From Octopus vulgaris (lineage: Eukaryota): 64,000 nucleotides of DNA. Within the stretch, counting starts at the first letter, position 1. Every line of letters starts with the position of its first letter. Made by a program: the position numbers and the translations under genes. The notes below the pieces were generated by a model. That model saw nothing but the letters and a program-made list of their open reading frames with translations. It had not been told where the DNA came from and did not search any database. Location: NCBI GenBank assembly GCA_951406725.2, contig OX597818.1:27218001-27282000 (forward strand). Reading direction: 5' to 3'. Of the stretch, positions 11,330 to 22,914 are shown in pieces.

Positions 11330-12975
11330 ATCTTTATTATTGAATCTTTAAAATTTATACTTCAGAACAATTATTTTCTATTTGATGACACATACTATCA
11401 TCAGTAATGTGGAATTGTGATGGAAATGAAAGCAGCCCCTGTCCTTGCGAACCTAATAATGGATTATTTTGAATTCACCTTATATGAAGTATCACTTCAG
11501 AAATATGGTTACCCATTTTACCTTTACATAAGAGAAAATTGGAAAAGATACCTGGATGACTGCTTTATCATTTGGAAAGAGAACATTGACAAACTTTTGG
11601 ATTTCAAATCAACACTAAATGATATAAATTGTGACATTCAATTCACAATGGAATATAACAAAGAACAGCTCCCATTTTTAGACATCATGAGGAAAAAAGT
11701 CAACAATCAAATCATAACTGACATCTATTATAAACCAACTGACTCAAAACAATATCTACTCTTTAGCTCATGCCACCCGAAACATATCAGAATAAATATC
11801 CCTTTCAATTTGGCAAAAAGGATTTGCACAATAGTGTCTGATAGAACAACTTGGGACCTTTGTCTTCAAGATCTCAAAACAACGCTTACTGAAAGACAAT
11901 ATCCACCCACACTTATAGACAAGGGAATTAAACGTGTCAAAAAGTTCGACATAAAAACACTAAGAACAACAAAACATAACACCACACCTCATCTCAAAAC
12001 ACTACTATTTATATCAACACACAACTCCAGAAACAGTGAGGCATTCAACACTATTCTGCAAAATCTTCCTTTACTAGCTAGAGATCCCAAAATGAATGAC
12101 ATACAAACTCATCAAATGCAAAAAGCAACACAAATCGCTAAAGAGACTACTAACAAATGCGAAGCTTTACAAGACAACCACAAAACCAACAGTTAAAAAA
12201 TGTCGACGCCCAAACTGTGGAACCTGCCCCAACTTACTTGAAAGCTCGGATTTCCTTTTCAAACAAGGACAGAGGTTCACAATTAAAACTAGTTTCACTT
12301 GTGCCTCTAAGAACCTAATTTATGTAATAACCTGCTCAGGTTGCGGACACAATTATATTGGACAGACAAGTATGACCTTGAGAAGAAGAACCACTCTACA
12401 TAAAGAACAAATCCGTTTCCTGCAATACAGACAAATTCCTCTCAGTGGAACATATAGAAAAATGTGCAGATAACATCAAACCAAATTTCACAGTTTTCCC
12501 CTTCTACCAATGCAAAGTCACAATCTCTCTACAAGAAACTTTAAATAAAGAAATTTCTTTCAATGAAAAATACAGAACACGTCTTAATATGCACGCATAA
12601 CCAACTTCTATCTTTTTACATATTTCAATTCATGATTACATCACTGTACATAAATCACCTCACTAAACAAGTTTTTCAAAACCATTTTTTTGTGTGTACA
12701 TATATATTCCCTCTTCCCTTACCGAAAGCTGAACAGTTATCTCCCTTGCCCACAACAACAATAATAATGATAACCAGTTACCTCCCCTTATTTTTCTACA
12801 TGTGAAGTCATTCACTCGTAAATATCATCACACACAACATGGACAAAAATTTCTTCTTAAGAAAATACATATTCAAATAAGTAAACCATAATATCATGAA
12901 TAGTGAAAGCGAAACCGGTCGATATATTAAAAATTATATTAAAACTATATAAAATGTGTGTATTTTCCTTTTTCA

Positions 12976-12980
<5 letters not shown>
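11330..12980 (+). mobile_element. 5'-truncated Penelope-like retroelement (RT + Cys linker + GIY-YIG endonuclease + 3' tail)
   Basis: RT motifs APVLANL, RYLDDCF, LPFLD and YYKPTDSKQYL..SCHP in ORF 11417-12196. CRRPNCGTC linker and NLIYVITC..C...YIGQT in ORF 12096-12473. Stops and frameshifts present. Ends at a (TA)n tract. Confidence 0.92.
12891..12925 (+). ncRNA. Degenerate minimal type I hammerhead ribozyme in the PLE 3' region
   Basis: ATATC-[ATGAATA, versus CTGANGA]-GT GAAA GC-GAAAC CG GTC-GATAT. Stems I, II and III are present; two core substitutions. Confidence 0.6.

Positions 12981-13013
<33 letters not shown>
12981..13013. repeat. (TA)n microsatellite
   Basis: Seen directly. Confidence 0.95.
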
Positions 13014-13017
<4 letters not shown>

Positions 13018-13604
13018 GAAGAAGGAGGCAGTCAGAATTTTTGATAATTCTTTATCAGCACTTTCATTCATTCAGTAGGACTCTTCAAATATGCACAGAA
13101 AATTTCTTCAGCCTTTTATACAAATGGAAAACAGGATATTGATTCCTTCTGTTTTGAAAAGACAAAAGAGAAAAAGGAAGGAAGGGAGGAAAGGGAGTGA
13201 GAGAGGAAGACAAAGAGACAGGAAAGCAGAGGAAAGCATGTATTTTGGGATAAATGAAATTTCAGGATGTGAATTTTGTTTTTGGGAGAAAGGGAGAAAG
13301 AGAAAAAGACAAGAAGAAGGATAAGAAAGAGAAAGAAAAGGAAAAAGAAAAATTAAAGTGAAAGAGAGACAGAGAGAAAGAGGCTTCTTTACAATTATAT
13401 TGTATGTATGTGCCCAACTTGTTGAAATTAAATTACACTTCAAGATGTCATTCTTGATTCAGTCATTGTTTTGAAAACAGCTTTTTCTCCCTCCCTCCTC
13501 TTCTCTTATTATACACCTATTAACATGTTTGTAAATAAACACATTACATTTTGAGGATGGAAAAAGTGATATGTTGTTTTTGTTTTGTTTAGAAAAGGAG
13601 AAAG

Positions 13605-13921
13605 ATCATTTTAACCCATCCTGCATCTGTCCCATAGGGGTAGGATATTGTGCATCTGGTTCATTGCATCAACCAATACAGGCTGTGTCACTTTCAGGTG
13701 CATGGTGTAAAAAAATACCCCACTAGATATTCTGAGATCTCATTGGCATGTTCAAGGATATCTCAGTACATCTAACATGCCAAGGAGATCTCAGTATATC
13801 TAGTGAGATATTTTTCTATACCAAGCACCTGAAGTGACACAGACTGCACTGATTGATGCAATGTAACCAGATGCACAATATTCTACCCCTATGGGACAGA
13901 TGCAGGATGGGTCGAAACGAT
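13605..13921. repeat. ~317-bp imperfect palindrome (arms ~148 bp, 21-nt spacer)
   Basis: ACCCATCCTGCATCTGTCCCATAGGGGTAG at the left matches CTACCCCTATGGGACAGATGCAGGATGGGT at the right. Pairing continues inward to TTGGCATGTT/AACATGCCAA. Confidence 0.9.
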
Positions 13922-14039
13922 TGTTGTACTGAATAAAGATTTGTACAAAATCCACCTTCCATTTCCTTTGTCAACTATATAAATATAACCACACACACAA
14001 ACACACATACACATTTATATATATATAAATATATATATT

Positions 14040-14550
14040 TGCAAAGACCCGACAAATAATGTGAGTTCATGGCTACTTCCTGCACCAGTTTTGCATAGCC
14101 CCAGCCCATCCAAAGTACCTTGGATTGCAGAACAACCTGCTGTGCTTACCTTGGATCGTAGGGTAACTTGCTGTGCTTGAGGAGACCTATTGGGTCGAGT
14201 ACATCAACATCAAAATAAATATCAAATGGAAATTGTAATTGTGATACCTGTGCCAGTGGCACGTAAAAAGCACCATCCGAATGTGGCTGATGCCAGCGCT
14301 ACCTTGACTGGATTGTGTGCCGGTGGCACATAAAAAGCTTCCCCTGACACCTGTGCCGGTGGTACGTAAAAAGCACCCACTACACTCACGGAATGGTTGG
14401 TGTTAGGAAGGGCATCCAGCTGTAGAAACACTGCCAGATCAGACTGGAGCCTGGTGCAGCCTCCTGGCTTCCCAGACCCTGGTCAAACTGTCCAACCCAT
14501 GCTAGCACGGAAAACGGACTTTAAACGATGATGATGATGATGATGATGAT
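14040..14550 (+). mobile_element. RTE-LINE 3' UTR fragment with (GAT)n tail
   Basis: Same sequence as the 3' UTR attached to the RTE ORF at 61342-62512. Ends TTAAAC(GAT)n. Confidence 0.75.
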
Positions 14551-14608
14551 ATATATATATATATATATAGTTGACAAAGGAAATAGAAGGTGGATTTAGT
14601 ACAAAATA

Positions 14609-14639
<31 letters not shown>

Positions 14640-14934
14640 TCTCTCTCTAGTTTTTAGCTCAGAGCTGCAGCCATGCTGATGCACCACCGTTATATTCTTA
14701 ATGAATTGAAATTTCAATTTTAGTTGGAAATGAAGTAGTTGCAATTGCTGATGATTTACAAAGAAAAAGGGAGATAGTTTCAAGATTGGGGATCGACTTT
14801 TCAGTCAATTTATCTGATCAGGAGTAAATTTTGTGGCTAAGGAATGACTATGGGCATATTTCAATCTATTAAACCTTTTTAGCATTGTATAGTCTACTCA
14901 GTCTTATTCACCACTTGACAAAGGTTTTTACATT

Positions 14935-15212
14935 CTTTTATTCTTTTACTTGTTTCAGTCATTTAACTTTGGCCATGCTGGAGCACTGCCTTGTGGGGTT
15001 TTAGTTGAACAAATCGACCCCAGAATTTATTTTTTTTAAAGCCTAGTACTTATTCTACTGGTCCTTTTTTGCTGAACCACTAAGTTATAGGGATGTAAAC
15101 ACACTGACACCAGTTGTCAAGTGGTGATGGAGGACAAACACACACATACATAGATATATATACATATATATTCAACGGCCTTCTTTCAATTTCTGTCTAC
15201 CAAATCCACTCA
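14935..15212 (-). mobile_element. SINE (abundant octopus-type family)
   Basis: TTACTTGTTTCAGTCATT...GCCATGCTGGAGCAC...CTACCAAATCCACTC. Further copies at about 15490-15720, 16090-16250, 45960-46100, 46440-46755, 47612-48030, 55050-55170 and 60490-60918. Confidence 0.75.
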
Positions 15213-15879
15213 GCATGTGATAGAAAAAAGTAATGAATGATTTTTGACAATATAATTTTCATAATCAAAAATAATAATGAGATACGGGAAACAATTCAAA
15301 TGGACTAATGGAATGAATTTAGATAAATAAGTTAATGGGTGCTATTAATTGAAGAAGACAACAAAATCCTCACATCAATCATCAGCGATTCTCAAAAAAA
15401 AAAAGGAAATACTTCAAGAATTTTGGAATCAATCTGTCAAAGTTAAGTTACATGGAATGGGGAGAGTTTGATCTTTAAAAACTTTCCTATCTTTTACTTG
15501 TTTCAGTCACTGGACTGCAGCAATGCTGGGACAGTAGCTTGAAGGGATCTAAGTTGAATAAATTGACCATAGTACTCATTTTGGTTTTTAAGTCTGGTAC
15601 TTATTCTGTCAGTCTCTTTTGCTGAATTGCTTAGTTACAGGTACATAAGCAAACCAAAACCAGTTGTCAAGTGGTGAAGAAAGAAATAAACATAAACACA
15701 AAGACACACACATACACACATACTCTCTGCTGAGTGGTTGGTGTTAGGAAGGTCATCCAGCTGTAAAAACCCTGCCAAAACAGTCACAGAAGTCTGGTGC
15801 AGGTTTCTGCCTGGCTGGCTCTTGTGAAACCATCCCACCCATGCTAAAAGGGAAGGCGGATGTTAAATGATGATGACGA

Positions 15880-16088
<209 letters not shown>

Positions 16089-16749
16089 AATGGGCTTCCA
16101 CACAGTTTCTGTCTACCAAATTTACTTATAAAGCATCAGTCAGCTCAAGGCTATAGTAGAAGTACTCAGGGTATCATGCAAGAGAACTGAACACAAAATC
16201 ATATGGTTTCAAAGTGAGCTTCTTAACTGCACAGTCATGCCTGTGCATTTGTTCTTAAGAATGTCTGTTTGAGTGGTCCTAAGACAAAGAGTTCATTTTA
16301 TTCTTTTTAATACTAAGGAATGGTCTTTCATGCGAATATCTCTTTTCTAAGTTACGTTGCTCAAATTATGTGTTTAATGTTGTTATGTATCTTGTAATTT
16401 AAATAATCTTTAACAAAGTCAAGAAAATCATGTCTGAGATGTTCACATGAATTATCACTATTTATTAAGGAAATGGGCAAAAAAAAATTTCTGAATTATT
16501 TGCATTTGTGTCAAATCTAAAATGTGTATCATCATTATTGATTTACCTGTTTTATTGCAAAATCATACTGTGACATAATTAAGCTCTAATGAACAATCTT
16601 TTATGAAGATTTCTATGATATATCAAGGTCCTTTGAAGAAAATGATGTTTTAGAGGTTGATATTCCATGATTAAAGAGATGTGAGTGCCAATTGTTCAGT
16701 GCATCAAGTTAATGCATAGGTTTATCAATATCACATCAGTTTTATTGAG

Positions 16750-18250
16750 TTCTATTAAATCTATGACTAATGAATTCTACAGAATGACCTTTTGAGATAA
16801 CATTTCCACTATTGATTTTTGGGATGCAACTACTGTCAGTATATAATATTTTTCTGTTGAGACTGGTTGATTAATAGGAGTTTTTGTAAATAATGATTTT
16901 AGCTGTGAAAATGACTCATTTTGCTCATTCTTCCAAAAAAAATTTAATTCTTGTAGTTATTAAAGGTTCAATCTGACTGTAAAATTCATAATAAATCATC
17001 TATAATCATTCGTAAATCTAATAAATTTTTCTGGTTATACTGAATTCTAAACCCATTTCAGTAAACTTATCCTTTCAATCAATGATTCTGATAGCATAAC
17101 ACCAATTGATGATTTATTCATTCCCTTCAAAGTGCAGCTGACTGATGATATAAAAAGTTTTTATTTTAATAGAATTAGCAGAACTCAGTTTATGAAGAAT
17201 GACACTTACTTTTTCTTTTGCTGTAATTGCATTTCTAAATGCACAACTAATAAAATATTTCCTTACTATACTCAAACACCTTGAATATCATTTAAAGCAT
17301 TCTCCATTGAAACAGGCCATTGAAACTTTTAAAAGCCTATCTGCAAATTGTTCATTAGATATATAATATTAAATATACTAATAGCACATTTTTTCTTTTT
17401 CAGAAAATGAAATTTGCTGATATGCATTTTTAGGTCAATTTTAGAAAACTTTGTTCCCTTTACTCTACAAAATATAGAGTCAATAGTTGGTAAAATATGA
17501 AAATATTTGTCAATATTTGTTTTGCAGTGGACTTTGAAATCTGCACACATTCTAAACAACTCCCCATTACTTCTTTATCCAACTACAAATGAAATACACC
17601 TAATGACATTCCAATCACATGGTTATATTATACCAAAACTCCTGAGGTTACTTAATTCTCTTTTAATTTCCAATTGTAAATGAAAAGATACTATACAAAC
17701 AGCTATTATCTTACTATACTCAATATTTCTACATATCACATTAGCTACATAACCTGTCATAATGGGTAGACAACTATTAGTGCTAAACAATTAAACAAAA
17801 ATATACCTTGATATAAAATGTCCCTTCTACATCGTTTAAAGTCATATGAAAAATGTGTGGTTACAAAATCCTGCTTCATAACTTTATTATTGTATGAAAA
17901 ATTAACAATTATAGTTCCTTTCACCTTCAATGATGAACCATTAAAGGATGTTAACATTTTGACTAATGTTAAACAGTATCTTATCAATCTTTATTGATCT
18001 TATCAAAGAAGCAGTGTGTAACAGATGAACAAGACCTGTTACTATCTGTTTTCATTCAAACTGAAATAGAATATAATTTGTAGTAAATTTCTTTAGCATT
18101 ATTAAAATATATATTGTTGACACTGAGCATGAAGACATTGCTGTTTTCATGTGAAGCTTTGTTGATGCTATAGGGTAGCGCAAACTAACAACATTTAGTA
18201 AAGTTACCCTGTTTTCTATGCTTATGACATTTTAATTGGAAGTTTGGGTA
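16750..18250 (-). pseudogene. Highly decayed Ty3/Gypsy pol (protease-RT-RNase H)
   Basis: ORF 17329-17559 FRMCADFKV...LPTIDSIF...FSKIDLK is the RT N-terminus. TVVASQKSI near 16830 resembles RNase H TDAS. ORF 17757-17987 is protease-like. Confidence 0.75.
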
Positions 18251-18409
18251 TTTCCTTCAATTAAGTCTTCAGTCACTATTATAACAGTTAATAAACACAT
18301 ACTTTAGCTGATGTTGTGACTAAGGAAGCTTATTGTAATTGATATTAAGAAATTTTCTTCACCGATAGTTGTCTTGAGGGAAAGTACTTTTAGCAGAAGT
18401 GATTTACAC

Positions 18410-19000
18410 TGTCATTATGTGAGAGATGTTTTTTCATTTTGACTCAGCTAGGCTTCAATACTGGGATATCAGCTCCAGAGCCCTTTTTGCTCCAGCAGGT
18501 CACATGACATTATGATTAAATGAACCTGTTGTTCCAGCAGTCCAATCACGTTCATTTTTACTTACACAGGAAATTAATCACAAGCTCCTAGGAGTTTATT
18601 ACTCTCTATCAAGACGGCAGTTCATGACTGCTCTAAGTCTTTGACACACACCACTGACCACACACAACTCCTCTCCAGCAATGATGTATCTTACACCAGC
18701 CAATCTCTGCTCTCATTTTCTCCACCAGATGCCAGCCTACATCGTTACTGTATCAAGACCGCATGACCAACAGACCAACGGCTGCCTCTACACCACCACC
18801 TAACAGTACGTCAACTATGTCTACAAGATCAACAGTCCAGCCTAACCACGAAGTCTCTCACACATCTTTGTTGTAATCTGTTACGTTATTTTATTTCACG
18901 TACGGCAGTCATTGTATTTTATAAGAGAGAATAAATTGTCGCTTACCAGTTCATTTCATCTCAAGTTGTATATCCTTTCCACATTTTCCTCATTTACAAT
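18410..19000 (+). mobile_element. Possible solo LTR
   Basis: GC-richer block starting TGTCA, with CCAAT at ~18542 and AATAAA at ~18930. No TSD confirmed. Confidence 0.3.
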
Positions 19001-19339
19001 CTTCATTATATACTAATGTGATTGTATAAATCAAGAAATGTATTTGCCCAGATTTGGGCTGGCATTTTCACACATATGAATGAAGTTAACTTTTCATAGC
19101 CAAGGTAAGCAAGTAACAGTTTTTGCTGCTTATGATAAAATACAAGTTTTCAAAAGGATGTTCAAATTTTGAAAAACTTGAATACAAACCAGTCATCTTG
19201 ACAGTTTCCCAAGTTTTAAAAATATTTCCCATAAGCTAGAAGTGACATTAATGCAAATGATCTAAAGCTTTTTAATAATGTGCCATTAATAAATGGAAGA
19301 TCTTTATAATTCAGTAAGTAAATACTTTCTAAAGACACC

Positions 19340-19768
19340 TGTTGTTATGTCCTGTTATTTTTATTGTATTTGTATTTGTGTAACATTGTCCGTTTTTTTT
19401 CCATCCTTGTTTTTATATACATTCGCTGCTTTCTTCCCAGGAATCTAATGCTCTTAGTTTAGTTCTTCCTTGGGGCTGACCAGATTGGAGCAATCTCAAG
19501 TATAATCAGCCGAAATTTCGAGGATAATCTGGTGCTTGACTGATGAAAGAAAACTTCAAATGACCCGTCCTTGTTTTCTTTGTATCGTCTATCTGGATGT
19601 TTTGTTGTCCCATTTTTGTATCACCTAGCTGTCTGGATGTTTTGTGTTCTTGTCCTATTTTATATATATATAAAAAAATTGATATTAATTTAATAATACC
19701 ATTAATTTAACACCGAGTGGCTTAGCACAAAAAAATAGGGAGAAAATACAAATTTATACATAAATTAT

Positions 19769-19818
<50 letters not shown>

Positions 19819-19986
19819 TATACATACATATATATATATATATATACATACATATATCAAGAATGCAAAACATCCAGACAGCTAGGTGATTCAAAAATGG
19901 GACAACAAAACATCCAGATAGACAATACAAAGAAAACAAGGATGGGTCATTTAAAGTTTTCTTTCCTCAGTCAAGCACCAGATTAT
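19340..19986. repeat. Retroelement-tail repeat with an inverted partial copy (19524-19652 vs 19858-19986) across a (TA)n tract
   Basis: ATAATCTGGTGCTTGACTGA...GTTCTTG is the reverse complement of CAAGAA...TCAGTCAAGCACCAGATTAT. Confidence 0.85.
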
Positions 19987-20118
19987 ATATATATATATAT
20001 ATTCATATACATATGTGTGTGTGTGTGTGTGTGTGCATGCGTGTGTGTATATAAATATGCATATATATATATATATATATATACAAATATATATAGATAT
20101 ATATACATATACATATAC

Positions 20119-20185
<67 letters not shown>

Positions 20186-20635
20186 ATATCTTGTTATATT
20201 TATTTAGTTATATCTCATTATATTGATTGTAATTGTTGTACTGTATTAATGTCTAATCTTAATGCTCTTGTGTAGTGTTTTAATAAAGTATATGATTCGG
20301 TATTATCTGATAGTTGATGAATGATTTAGATATATTTCTCCATTTTCTCATTTTGTATATATATTAGAAAAAAACCCACCTTTTATCAAGTCAACAATGA
20401 GAAAATTAAATTATACCATTTAGAAAAAATTACATCTTATAGAAAAATTAAATATAAGATAAAACATATACCAATGATTAAGTAATGTGCAAAAAAAAAT
20501 TTATAAAACGTATATATATGGTAAAATAACTACACGTGTTTCGTGGCTATATTTAAGAAATATATATATATACATATACACATATATACATATATACATA
20601 TACACATATATACATATATATACTATACATACATA

Positions 20636-20683
<48 letters not shown>

Positions 20684-20909
20684 TATATACATATTATATA
20701 TATATATACTTATATATATATGTATATATATATGTAGATACATATATACATACATATACATGCATACATATACATACATAAATATATATACACACATATA
20801 TATACATATATATATACGCATATGCACATATATATAAACACATATACACACACACACATATATGCATACATATATATATACAATGATATAAATATACATA
20901 CATATATAC

Positions 20910-20970
<61 letters not shown>
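19985..20970. repeat. Compound (TA)n/(TG)n/(TACA)n microsatellite field with embedded retroelement tail fragments
   Basis: Seen directly. Confidence 0.9.
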
Positions 20971-20971
<1 letters not shown>

Positions 20972-21371
20972 TAGCAGTATCACCCGGCGTTGCTCGGGTT
21001 TGTAAGGGAAATATCTATATAAGCATTTTTAGAGAGTTATAGCCAAAAAATAGCAAAAAAATGCATTAAAAATGGGAAAAAAATGATGGTAAATTTTTTT
21101 TAAATCGTTGACTCATCGTAGACATTTTTACAGAGTTACTTCCCTTATATAATAGCGAAAAAATGCATTAAATTGGGAAAAAATGATGGTAAATTTTTTT
21201 TTAAATCGTAGACTCATCGTAGACGCATGCTAATACCCAGAAGGGCTCGATATGAATCACGATATGAATCACGACTATAAGATACCCGGTTTTTGCACCG
21301 CAAAATGTGGGAGTAGTTAGGAATCTAAATCGTAGGAGACAGACACACAACCTTACTTTTATATATAAAGA
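20971..21371 (-). mobile_element. Complete non-autonomous Helitron (401 bp)
   Basis: Minus strand reads A|TCTTTATATATAAAAG ... hairpin CCCGAGCAACGCCGGG-TGATACTG-CTAG|T: 5' TC, 3' hairpin + CTAG, inserted between A and T. Confidence 0.85.
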
Positions 21372-21875
21372 TATATTTGTGCAACAACTAAAACATTCGG
21401 TTGTGCAAATTGTTTACACAGGAAACCTGCTCTGTGTGGCGGTAATTGCCATTTTTGTGGATCTGTTTCAGCTTTTTTAGCGATTTCTGTTTTGGCGACT
21501 TCAAGCCATGAAGTCGTTGTTCTAAAAGAACGCTGGTCTCCTTGACAACGCATTACGACGTTGATTTCCTTACACTCCCTTCCCCACAGCTTCACGAGGG
21601 AGGGAAGAAAGGGGAGAAGCAACACAGGTGCAGGTGTGAGCGTGGACGCCAACTCCGCCGCCATCGACACACGAAAAAATATGCATTAAAATGGAATAAA
21701 AAATGATGTTAAATTATTTTTAAAATCATAGACTCATCGTAGACGCGCGCTAATACCCAGACGGGCTCGATATGAATCACGACTATAAGATACCCGAATT
21801 TGGTTAAACTGCACCGCAAAATGTGGGAGTAGTTAGGAATCTAAATCGAAGGGGACAGACACTCACACAACTACA

Positions 21876-21885
<10 letters not shown>
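21372..21885 (-). mobile_element. Second, 3'-truncated copy of the same Helitron family
   Basis: 21729-21875 repeats 21209-21355. No separate hairpin-CTAG end is visible. Confidence 0.75.
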
Positions 21886-21962
<77 letters not shown>

Positions 21963-22656
21963 GTATTTATATATATATATCTGTACTATAATGGAAAAAG
22001 CTGCGTATTAATTGGGTATGTAACAATTACTAAAAGTACTAAAAGAAAGCAATAATTAAAGGGTTGACTGTCTGGAAATACTTTTATAAATTCAAGTTCT
22101 AAGAAATTTCCTATAATTTCAATTACTCAAGTTTCTTGAATTCTTTAAACTCCAATTTCTCACAAATTTAAATATTCATTGCATTCACTGCTTCCAATTC
22201 ACAAATTTAAATATTCATTGTTTTCACTGTGGAGTATTCCATTCTTATTTGCAAAGTCTCTCACTTTCTCTTTTAAGTTTTCATTTCCTATTTGGAAAAC
22301 TGACAGTTTATTCTATTAATGTATATGTAATTTATTAGTTATTATTCTCTTAATGCATATGTAATTTATTATATATTGTATGAAAATTTTTTAAATACCC
22401 TATAATTTTTGAACATAGAATAGCTGTGAGAAGAGCCTAGAAAGTTGGGTAATTACTATTAGAAGACGAGGAGAAAAAAGTTACCAACAAGTACTTGAAA
22501 CTTGCACCTTATTCACAGTTTCCAAACACTCGGTATCACTAAGCCAAACTATGCATAAACAAGTTGCAAGAGCAACTTCAACAGTGATACACTCGTACGC
22601 ACACATAGATACACATACATGCAAATGAAAGGCAATGAATGTGTGTGTGTGTTTGC

Positions 22657-22712
22657 TGTTCACTGACAAAACTTCGTGCGGCATTGCTTTTGCGAAGTTT
22701 TGTCAGTGAACA
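22657..22712. other. Perfect 20-bp stem hairpin
   Basis: TGTTCACTGACAAAACTTCG-16 nt-CGAAGTTTTGTCAGTGAACA. Confidence 0.9.
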
Positions 22713-22846
22713 AGTCATGGTTTCAAAGTGAAGAAAATATTTTAACACAAAGGAAATTTTAATGTTGAAGTGAAACGAGTACTACTTAAATACAGATGTT
22801 ACATACAAAACATTTTAAATGTACGCTGTGTAGACGTGTAATGACA

Positions 22847-22914
22847 TCCTAACTCTAACTAACCCTAAAACCAGCCCTAACTTTAACCCTAAAAACTAAC
22901 CCTAAAATTAACCC
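22847..22914. repeat. Degenerate telomere-like (CCCTAA) tract
   Basis: cctaactctaactaaccctaaaaccagccctaactttaaccctaaaaactaaccctaaaattaaccc. Confidence 0.7.

Noticed and set aside
11330-12890. Selenocysteine recoding or SECIS, as in some Naiad PLEs
   Set aside because: No in-frame TGA at Cys positions in this copy (the early stop is TAA) and no convincing SECIS in the 3' region.
13045-13095. Possible minus-strand hammerhead relic (TTGAAGA-GTCC...GAAAGTGCTG) facing the PLE tail
   Set aside because: Too many core and stem mismatches to support without a family consensus.
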